DNA of 64,000 nt from Candidatus Binatia bacterium (GTDB taxonomy: Bacteria; Desulfobacterota; Binatia; Bin18), in NCBI GenBank assembly GCA_963664395.2, contig OY761159.2:4512001-4576000 (forward strand), in the 5' to 3' direction. The notes under the pieces were generated by a model. The model ran no database searches. It saw only the letters and a list, made by a program, of their open reading frames with translations, and was not told the DNA's origin. The position numbers were made by a program, and so were the translations under genes. The stretch's first letter is position 1; each line of letters begins with the position of its first letter. Shown in pieces: positions 56,689-64,000 of the stretch.

Positions 56689-56761
56689 TAGCCGCCCGTC
56701 ATTTCCGGCACCCAGCGGGCGGCGGCGGCGCTGGAGCTTTCGCCGGAATGACGGGCGGCTA
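56689..56761. repeat. Long inverted repeat (GTCATTCCGGC-type REP/RPE) between convergent genes
   Basis: TAGCCGCCCGTCATTTCCGGC...GCCGGAATGACGGGCGGCTA, 20-bp stem with one bulge. Confidence 0.7.
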
Positions 56762-56788
56762 TATGGAATCGCAATCTGCGCTAGGCTC

Positions 56789-57283
56789 CTAGTGCCCTCC
56801 CCGCTCCTCCAGGATGCCTTGCAAAAAACTCGCATTCTCGTCTTCCAGCGCGGCGCAGGCCAACAACACCGCGTTGGCCTTGGCATCGGTCTCCGCAGCA
56901 GCAAAGGCCTCCCAGGTCTTTTTACCGGCCCGTTCGGCCCTGCGTTGGATCTCCCATTGCTCTTCAAGAGGACGACCGGCATAGACGGCCCGGACTTGCG
57001 CTTCCAGGTCGGGCAACGCCTCTAGGAGTTGCCGCTGGATTGTGTGGCCGTCAGGGTCGAGCGCTTCAATCCGGCTCGCAATATCTTCCTCTCGGGCCGC
57101 ACACCTGAGGAAGCCTTCACGGGCCTGATTGCTGACTTGTTCAGCCCAGCTTTGATACTTCCCGGCGGCCTGCCGTTCAGCCCAGGCGATGAGCAGTTTC
57201 TGCTGTCGGAGCGGAAAGCGCGCCACAACAGGGGCGAGTATGCCGGCAATGCTGGGCAGGTCTTTTGATTGCGTGTTGCTCAT
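56789..57283 (-). CDS. Hypothetical protein, possible ferritin-like four-helix bundle
   Basis: Two internal repeats, AERQAA...FLRCAAREEDIA and AERAG...LLACAALEDENA. Confidence 0.65.
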   Translation of the reverse strand: MSNTQSKDLPSIAGILAPVVARFPLRQQKLLIAWAERQAAGKYQSWAEQVSNQAREGFLRCAAREEDIASRIEALDPDGHTIQRQLLEALPDLEAQVRAVYAGRPLEEQWEIQRRAERAGKKTWEAFAAAETDAKANAVLLACAALEDENASFLQGILEERGGH

Positions 57284-57375
57284 GGCTCTGCTCGATCAAT
57301 CTTCCAATCTTCCCCCTGATAAGGAGGACGGGCTGGAAGCCCGCCCACCGACACTACTCACGCTTAGTCTCAATC

Positions 57376-59724
57376 TTAAACTCGCTCAAGCTGACACGGC
57401 ACAAAGCGATGATGGGGGCAGCCGGTAAATGGGTCGCGGTCGGCCGTATCCGTGTAGGCGTTCATGTTGACGCCATTCAGGTCCGAGTGCGAGCCATTGC
57501 CTTCAGTCGGGTAGATCATGCCGAAACCATTCGGCATCCACACATGTCCCTCCAGCAGCTTTTTGTCCACAACAGCCGGCAGTTCGACCTGCCCCCGCCG
57601 GGTACGGATACGAATCGTGTCTCCGTCGATCACCCCCATGCGTTGGGCATCTCCGGGAGAGAGGTTCAACGCGCAGTGCGGGCCTCGCCCCTTGCGCCAA
57701 CTCGGATCGCGCAGAATGGTATTGGCGGTCCAGCGGGTCCGCAGGCCGGAGGCCAACACAAAGGGATAGTCCGGATCTTCAGCCGGTTTGGTTGCCACGG
57801 CGCGCCCAATCTCAGCCACTATTTCTTCGGGGAGGAGACGGACTTTACCGTCCTCAAAGCCAATGCGTTCGTCAAGGTTGGCTTCCACGTCGAGCTCGGC
57901 CACCTCAATCCCCTCCGGATGGTCCAGCAGACGCCGGAATAGCTCAAGGCCGACTGCAAAGGCGTCTTTGTCTTGCCATTCCGGCCCAAGGACGCGGACC
58001 ACGGCCTCTCTGCGTACAACGCCGTTCATCATGGCCTGGAACCAGACGCTGGATAAGACCGGCGAATCGAGCTGGGGCCCCAGGGTGCGGTAGGCCCAGT
58101 ATAAAGGTGCTGAGAACTTCGCCGCCTTAGCCGTAGTCTGGAGTGCCGTCAGGTACGCCGCCGCACCCGTAGGTGCATGCGCGTTTTTCGCCAGCTCGTA
58201 GAGTTCCTGGGGTGGCTCAGGAACCAGGCTCATGGCCTCGGCGAGACGATTATAGATTTCGCCTTCGGGCAGGGCTTCACCCGGCGCGGGCAGGATGGGT
58301 GGGCGCAACTGAGCCTGGACGCGCGGATAGCCGCGCGGGAAGCTGGCCATTTCCCATTTTTCATACCCGGTTGGGGTCGGCAGAATATAGTCGGCCACCA
58401 GAGCCGTCTCGGTCATGGTCGGTTCGATCACGACCAGCAGGTCCAGTTGTTCACGCGCCTCCAGCCAGCGCTGCGTATCGGGAAAAGATAAGAGCGGGTT
58501 GGCGCCTTCCACAATCAACGCCCGCAGACGTTCGGGATGGTCGTGCAGGATTTCTTCAGGAACCAGCACCGGCGAAAATATGCCCAGACGGGTCAGGGCC
58601 GAGATCGCGCTGATGCCGGAAGCCAGGGCGCGTTCGGGTTCAGCGTGCCGCCGAGAGTCCGACGTTGGCGGGTTGAGATTCGAGGTGAAGACATTGCCGC
58701 CCCGGCGACCCATATTGCCGGTCAGAGCAATAAGGAGATGAATCAGATAGGAGTTCAGGGTTGAGAACAGCGTCATCTCCACCCCGAGGTCCCACAACAG
58801 CGCTGCGCTCTTTGCAGTGGCGTATTCGGTGGCCGTGGCCACAACGTCGGCCACCTCAAGGCCGCAGCGCTGGGCCATGTCGGCGATATCAATATCCGCC
58901 AGTTGGGTTTTGAGTTCTTGGTAGCCGACCGTTTTGTTGGCAATAAACTCGACGTCTCCGAGGTCTTGTTCAATAATGACTTTGAGCATGGCCAAGAGCA
59001 GATAGACGTCCGTGCCGGGTCGGACTCTGAGGTGGCGGTCGGCCTGACGGCTGGTTTCGGTAATGCGCGGGTCCACCACCACCATGGTGCGGTTTTCATC
59101 GCGGGCCAGACTTTTCAGCGCGTCGGTGGGATTATGGCCGCGATTGCTGATGTACGGGTTGGTGCCCATGACCAGCAAAAAGTCGGCGTGGTCGTGGTCG
59201 GGATGCAGCGTGGTGCCGGACGAGCTGTCCAACATCCATTTTTCGATCAGCCAATGCTGGCTCTTCTCTTGGGCCAGCGAGTTGAAAAAGCGGCGGGATT
59301 TCACCAGGGAGAGAAAGGTGACGCCATACGGCGCATCCAGGTGGTTGGCCTGGCCACCGATGCCAACCAGGCCACAGGCACGCGGAGAATGTTGAGAAAC
59401 GATAGCGGTGAGCCGCTCGGCTATCTCGGCAACCGCCTGGTCCCAACTAATCTGTTCAAACCCACCCTCCGGCTTGCGTTTAAGCGGATGGCTGAGCCGC
59501 TGGGCATGGTTGACGTAATGGTCAACGCTGAAACCTTTATTACAAATATAGCCGTGCGACAGGGGGCTGGATTCATCCGCCCGAATGTTCTCGATATGCC
59601 CCGCATGAATATCGACCGTGAGGCCGCAGTTATGACTGCACAGCACACAGACGGTTGTCCGGTCCTTGGCATTCGTTTCAATCGGAAGCTTGGAAATGGA
59701 TGGGTCAACCTGCACTGCGCTCAT
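57376..59724 (-). CDS. Molybdopterin-dependent oxidoreductase (DMSO reductase family) with [4Fe-4S]
   Basis: CVLCSHNCG...C.KG, G.NP, VVDPR.TET, ADYILP, C-terminal molybdopterin dinucleotide-binding domain. Confidence 0.9.
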   Translation of the reverse strand: MSAVQVDPSISKLPIETNAKDRTTVCVLCSHNCGLTVDIHAGHIENIRADESSPLSHGYICNKGFSVDHYVNHAQRLSHPLKRKPEGGFEQISWDQAVAEIAERLTAIVSQHSPRACGLVGIGGQANHLDAPYGVTFLSLVKSRRFFNSLAQEKSQHWLIEKWMLDSSSGTTLHPDHDHADFLLVMGTNPYISNRGHNPTDALKSLARDENRTMVVVDPRITETSRQADRHLRVRPGTDVYLLLAMLKVIIEQDLGDVEFIANKTVGYQELKTQLADIDIADMAQRCGLEVADVVATATEYATAKSAALLWDLGVEMTLFSTLNSYLIHLLIALTGNMGRRGGNVFTSNLNPPTSDSRRHAEPERALASGISAISALTRLGIFSPVLVPEEILHDHPERLRALIVEGANPLLSFPDTQRWLEAREQLDLLVVIEPTMTETALVADYILPTPTGYEKWEMASFPRGYPRVQAQLRPPILPAPGEALPEGEIYNRLAEAMSLVPEPPQELYELAKNAHAPTGAAAYLTALQTTAKAAKFSAPLYWAYRTLGPQLDSPVLSSVWFQAMMNGVVRREAVVRVLGPEWQDKDAFAVGLELFRRLLDHPEGIEVAELDVEANLDERIGFEDGKVRLLPEEIVAEIGRAVATKPAEDPDYPFVLASGLRTRWTANTILRDPSWRKGRGPHCALNLSPGDAQRMGVIDGDTIRIRTRRGQVELPAVVDKKLLEGHVWMPNGFGMIYPTEGNGSHSDLNGVNMNAYTDTADRDPFTGCPHHRFVPCQLERV

Positions 59725-59777
59725 CGCTTGGGTCTCCTCTACTACAGACTGGAATTCTTTCTCTTTTCCCCCGTGTC

Positions 59778-60872
59778 TTACATGACCACGACGCTGCGCG
59801 CCACTTCGCCCTTTTCCAGCGCGGTCATGGCCTCGTTCACTTCCTCCAGGGCATAGGTCCGGGTAATCATTTCCTTCAGTTTGAGTCGGCCGTTCCGGTA
59901 GTGTTCGACCAGTCGGGGCATATCAATGTGTGGACGGGCCGAGCCATAGCCCGAGCCCTTGATGATCTTCTCGGTCAAAAAGGTTCCCATCGGAATGGAG
60001 ACGGTATCCCGCCGCGACCCTGCGCCGACAACAATCGTCGTTCCGGCCTGGCGGGTACAAGCGTAAGCTTGCTCCACCGTTTGGGACAAGCCGATAACCT
60101 CGAAGGCGTAATCTGCGCCCCGGCCCCCGGTAAGCTTGCGTACCGACCGAACCAGCTCATCCCGACTCGGGTTGATGGTCTGGGTAGCGCCGAACTGGAG
60201 GGCGTAGTCCAGTTTATTATCCAGTAAATCCACCCCGATAATCGTGCTGGCGCCGGCGAGCACACAGCCCTGAATGACGTTGAGCCCGACGCCGCCACAG
60301 CCGATCACCACGGCGCTGCTGCCCGGCTCAACCTGAGCCGTATTAATGGCAGCGCCAACACCGGTCATGACTCCACACCCAATTAAACAGACGACATCGA
60401 GCGGCACTTCGTCCGGCACCTTGATACAGGCCTGTTCGGCGACCACGGCCTGCTCGGCAAAGCTGGAGATGCCGGCCATATGGTGAATGTCCTTGCCGTT
60501 CTTCTTGAGGCGGCACGTCCCGTCAACCATCGCGGCCTTCACCATGGTCTGAAACATATTGACGCACAGATTCTGCTTGCCAATGGCGCAGTAGTAACAG
60601 TGGCCGCAATACGGGGCGAGGGACAGGACGACATGGTCACCCGGTTTGACCATGGAGACGTTCGGCCCGACCTCTTCAACAATACCCGCGCCCTCATGGC
60701 CGGGAACCATGGGCAACGGGCTGCGCAAGACGCCATGAATAATCGAGTAGTCACTATGACACACCCCATTGGCAACAATCCTGACCCGCACCTCGCCACT
60801 CTTGGGATTGTCCAGATCAACGTCTTCCACTTTGAGAAGGGTATCAACTTCGTATAAGACGGCCGCTTTCAT
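59778..60872 (-). CDS. Zn-dependent alcohol dehydrogenase (class III-like)
   Basis: GVCHSD, GHEGAG, C..C..C......C structural Zn site, GCGV.TG.GA, GCGGVG; start MKAAV with GGAGG RBS. Confidence 0.93.
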   Translation of the reverse strand: MKAAVLYEVDTLLKVEDVDLDNPKSGEVRVRIVANGVCHSDYSIIHGVLRSPLPMVPGHEGAGIVEEVGPNVSMVKPGDHVVLSLAPYCGHCYYCAIGKQNLCVNMFQTMVKAAMVDGTCRLKKNGKDIHHMAGISSFAEQAVVAEQACIKVPDEVPLDVVCLIGCGVMTGVGAAINTAQVEPGSSAVVIGCGGVGLNVIQGCVLAGASTIIGVDLLDNKLDYALQFGATQTINPSRDELVRSVRKLTGGRGADYAFEVIGLSQTVEQAYACTRQAGTTIVVGAGSRRDTVSIPMGTFLTEKIIKGSGYGSARPHIDMPRLVEHYRNGRLKLKEMITRTYALEEVNEAMTALEKGEVARSVVVM

Positions 60873-61115
60873 GCCTTCCTCCTGACTGTTCCGTGAAGGG
60901 TCGTATCTTTTCAAATGCGGGCGGCAGGGTCTAGGGCTCCTAGCGCCTCTTGCCTTCCGCCCTGTCCCCCTCGCCGGTTGGGGACCCGATAATTGTGGAG
61001 TTGGGAAACGAGGAGAGAGGTCCTGCACCCATCCCGGGACGTGTAACAGATATTCCCGTATCGGGGTCGAAACCAGTAGAGCTGGCGCACCGGCTCCGTG
61101 GATGTCCGGCCGCGC

Positions 61116-64000
61116 TTACTCGATATCAGTGATGACAAAGTTCTGCTGGTTCTGCTGCCATTCCAGGGTCACCGTCTCGCCTGTCGTGGGGAAGTTCTCA
61201 ACGACACATTCCCCCGCAACGCCGCGCAGAAACTCCGCCCCCAGGGTCGTCACCCGCACCGTTGCTCGGCCCAACTCCACGCCATCCACGTAGGCCACGA
61301 CCGTATGTTCCCCATCCCCCAGCAAGTTCCAGTTGAACAACAACCCAAAGCCGTTGTCCGTGTCCCCACAGGCATCTTGGGTATCCAGTCGCTCCGTCCC
61401 ATACGCCGCCACCTGCCGCCCGGCGGTCCCAATCGCAAGCTCGACCGTCTCGGCCGCACACACCCAGCCCGACAGCACCCCAATCCCACTCTGGAACGAG
61501 TTCGGCCCCGGGTTCTCCAGATGCTCCACGCCCGCTGTCCCGGAACGATTCTCCCCGCTCGGACGGCTCCCCTCCGCAAGCACAAAGTTCTGGTTGTTTT
61601 GCTGCCATACGAGGGGCACCGTCTCCCCGACCAGGGGAAAGTCCTCGACGGGACAGCTTCCTGCCACATCTCGGAGAAACTCCGCGCCCAGCGTCGTCAC
61701 CGTCACCGTGGCCCGGTCCAGTTCGATGCCATCGACGAACGCCACGACTTCATGCTCCCCGTCGCCCAGCAGGTTCCAGTTGAACAGCAACCCAAAGCCG
61801 TTGTCACTGTCGCCGCACACCGGCTCGGTGTCCAGCCGCTCGGTCCCGTACGCCGCCTCGTGCACCACCCCGTTGAGCTCGAGCTCCACTGTGTCGGCGT
61901 CACACACCCAGCCCGAGAGGACACCGATGCCACTCTGAAACGAGTTGGAGCCTGGGTTCTCCAGAATGCCCGTGGGTTCCTCCAGAATGCCTGTGGGCTC
62001 CTCCGACGGCCCGCCACCGCCGCCCCGGCCGCCAGTCGTGACGGGCGCCCGCGGCACCACCTCAATCTGCGCCGGCACGCCGTTGCGCCCTTGGCCCTTC
62101 CTGCTGCCCTCCGTATCCAGGAAGTGGGCCACCGCCCGCACAAAGAAGGTGTAGGTCACCCCGTTTGTTACCCCCGGCACTGTCGTCCGGCACGGGTTAC
62201 AGTCGGGGGCAACCATCGCCGGATTCCAGTCTCCCTCCGTGTCCCCATAGTGGACCTTCCAGTAGTACGTGACGAGGGTGGCCTGTGGGTCGAGTTCAGC
62301 AGGAGGTTCCCAGATCAACGTCACCTGCCGGTCGCCCGGTATGGCGCGCAGGTTCTCCGGCACGTCCGGGGCGTCAAGGGGAAAAGTCATGGCGTTGACA
62401 TGGTCGCCGGCGGGCTCAGGGTTATCGACGCTGGAGTTGATCGCGAACACGCGGTAGGCGTAGGTCGTGCCGGGATTGAGGCCCGTGTGTTCGTAAGTGG
62501 TCGCCGTGTTGCCGGTATTGGCCTCAAGGTCGGTCCAGGTCGTGCCCCCGCCCTCGGACACCTGGATATTGTAGCCCGTGACGGGGCTATTACCTTCGTC
62601 GCCGGGGGGGTCCCAGGACAGATCGATTTGCGTTTTCCCGATTGCCGTGGGCTTCAGGTTCCTGGGCGCACTCGGGGTACCGTCTCCCGTCGGTAAGGTG
62701 GTGGTGGCGACTCCGGGGGCGGCGTTATCGACGCCCTCCGAGTTGATCGCGAACACGCGGTAGGCATAGGTCGTCCCGGGAGTGAGGCCGGTGTGTTCGT
62801 AGGTGGTGTCCGCGCTTCTCGTGTCCAAGACGAGGTCGGTCCAGGTCGTGCCCTCGTCGGTGGACACCTCGATCCTGTAGCCGGTGATGACGCGCCCGCC
62901 ATTGTCGGCCGGGGTGGTCCAGGTGAGGTCGATCCGGGTTGAGCCGTCGGCGGTCGCGATGAGGTTGGTCGGTGTGTCGGGGGACCTCGGCTGCACGGTG
63001 GAATTGTTGGTGACCGGTTGGTCGGTGAACGAGGCGGCGTCATTGCCCGCTTTGTCCTGAATGGCCATGGGGTCGTTGTTTGCGGTGGGATCTTCATAGC
63101 TGACCGTGACGGTCTGGCCCTCACGGATAAGGTTGACCAGAGCGATCTGAATCCTCTTGTCGTCGCCCGAGCCCAATGAGATGGGACAGAAAGGCTTGCA
63201 GGTAGATTCGTCGCGGAACTCGGCCTCCGCGTCGTCGACGGTGACGGTGATCGCAGAGGGCTCAGGGAGCGTGGTGGAGAGCGTCTCCAGGAATTCGAGT
63301 ATGACGTGGGTACCCGCCGTCGTCACAAGGGCGGAAACGAACTCGGTTACGTTGGCGACGTTGAGGGTCACTTCAGTGGTATCCGTGGTATCCGTGCCGC
63401 CCTTGCGGTCATCGGTCTTGACCGTCACCGCATAGCTCGTCGTCGCCTCGTGGTTGTAGGCCTCGCCGCCCTTGGTCTGAATCTGCCCGGTCTCCTCGAC
63501 GATGGTGAACTTGTCCGCGTCTACGCCTTCCAGGCTGTAGGTCAGCGTGTCGTTGTCCGGATCCGTGGCGGTGACCGGCTCGCCGATATCGGCTTCCGCT
63601 TGCACGGCCGCCTCGCTCACGGTCTCGGGGAAGCTCCGCCTCGTGGCGGCAGTCGCAAACACCGGTGGGGTATTGACCGTATCCCCGCTCCCGGGGGAGG
63701 ACCAGGCGCCGTCGCCATCGGTGTTGCTCGCCCGTACCTGCACCTGGTACGTCGCATTCCCATCGAGCCCCGTGATGCTCGTGCTCGTGCCGGTCACTTT
63801 CTGCGGACCGTCAGTGAAGTTCCCGCTGTTGCCCTTGCGGTATTGCAGGTCGTAGCTCGTAATCGCCGGGCGACCGGTGTTCGACGGCTCCGTCCACATC
63901 ACCTCCAGGGTCATCCTGACCCCCGGAGTCGCCGACACCGCTGGCGCCGCCGGCGCCAGCGGTTTCTCGGTCTCGACGTTGGTAACGGTGATGGTCACCG
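61116..64000 (-). CDS. Large surface/adhesin protein (N-terminus beyond the window): FN3, cadherin-like and SwmB-like repeats, two C-terminal LENP..SGWVC domains
   Basis: FN3 W..P...G...ITGY...GL.PGTTY.YRV.A.N; cadherin ATDPDND.LTYSL; TVSY.DPT..ND..AIQD.AGNDA; GC-rich. Confidence 0.88.
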   Translation of the reverse strand, partial: VTITVTNVETEKPLAPAAPAVSATPGVRMTLEVMWTEPSNTGRPAITSYDLQYRKGNSGNFTDGPQKVTGTSTSITGLDGNATYQVQVRASNTDGDGAWSSPGSGDTVNTPPVFATAATRRSFPETVSEAAVQAEADIGEPVTATDPDNDTLTYSLEGVDADKFTIVEETGQIQTKGGEAYNHEATTSYAVTVKTDDRKGGTDTTDTTEVTLNVANVTEFVSALVTTAGTHVILEFLETLSTTLPEPSAITVTVDDAEAEFRDESTCKPFCPISLGSGDDKRIQIALVNLIREGQTVTVSYEDPTANNDPMAIQDKAGNDAASFTDQPVTNNSTVQPRSPDTPTNLIATADGSTRIDLTWTTPADNGGRVITGYRIEVSTDEGTTWTDLVLDTRSADTTYEHTGLTPGTTYAYRVFAINSEGVDNAAPGVATTTLPTGDGTPSAPRNLKPTAIGKTQIDLSWDPPGDEGNSPVTGYNIQVSEGGGTTWTDLEANTGNTATTYEHTGLNPGTTYAYRVFAINSSVDNPEPAGDHVNAMTFPLDAPDVPENLRAIPGDRQVTLIWEPPAELDPQATLVTYYWKVHYGDTEGDWNPAMVAPDCNPCRTTVPGVTNGVTYTFFVRAVAHFLDTEGSRKGQGRNGVPAQIEVVPRAPVTTGGRGGGGGPSEEPTGILEEPTGILENPGSNSFQSGIGVLSGWVCDADTVELELNGVVHEAAYGTERLDTEPVCGDSDNGFGLLFNWNLLGDGEHEVVAFVDGIELDRATVTVTTLGAEFLRDVAGSCPVEDFPLVGETVPLVWQQNNQNFVLAEGSRPSGENRSGTAGVEHLENPGPNSFQSGIGVLSGWVCAAETVELAIGTAGRQVAAYGTERLDTQDACGDTDNGFGLLFNWNLLGDGEHTVVAYVDGVELGRATVRVTTLGAEFLRGVAGECVVENFPTTGETVTLEWQQNQQNFVITDIE
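61959..62000. repeat. 21-bp in-frame duplication (EEPTGIL x2)
   Basis: ctccagaatgcccgtgggttc / ctccagaatgcctgtgggctc. Confidence 0.85.

Noticed and set aside
56666-56690. CTAGAGCGTTTCACA and CTAGAGTCTTGACGACA (about 38274) as IS ends
   Set aside because: No transposase or matching partner inverted repeat found; too short to support.
61098-62696. 532-aa plus-strand ORF with internal repeats
   Set aside because: Mirror of the adhesin's repeated domains on the opposite strand.
1-64000. Genome-wide reassignment of TAG
   Set aside because: Many genes end at TAG at their expected C-termini (for example 6574, 18982, 39691, 41761, 44950), often with the next gene starting a few bases later.

Overview
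Bacterial genomic DNA, by eye about 57-60% GC, densely coding, with no rRNA, tRNA, CRISPR array, transposase or phage genes recognised. It is dominated by organic-nitrogen and amide catabolism: three hydantoinase/oxoprolinase B and two A subunits, two N-acyl-D-amino-acid deacylases, a carbamoylase plus hydantoin racemase, two class III CoA-transferases, two CE4 deacetylases, an amidase, a deaminase and a DppA-like peptidase. It also holds a complete N-methylglutamate methylamine-utilisation operon (mgsABC, soxDAGB/mgd, gmaS). Accessory inserts are a type II Zorya anti-phage operon (zorABE), a hicBA toxin-antitoxin pair, a frameshifted ParA with an unknown partner gene and an orphan antitoxin, an HTH-citrate-synthase fusion facing a perfect 24-bp palindrome, and a SoxR/MerR-type promoter. 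The window ends inside a large FN3/cadherin/SwmB-repeat surface protein whose tandem C-terminal domain recurs at the N-terminus of a separate secreted protein. Intergenic REP-like palindromes and in-frame micro-duplications are frequent. The content is reminiscent of sponge-associated Deltaproteobacteria-like (Binatia/Tectomicrobia-like) genomes, which is inference only. All calls come from reading motifs by eye; no database search was run.
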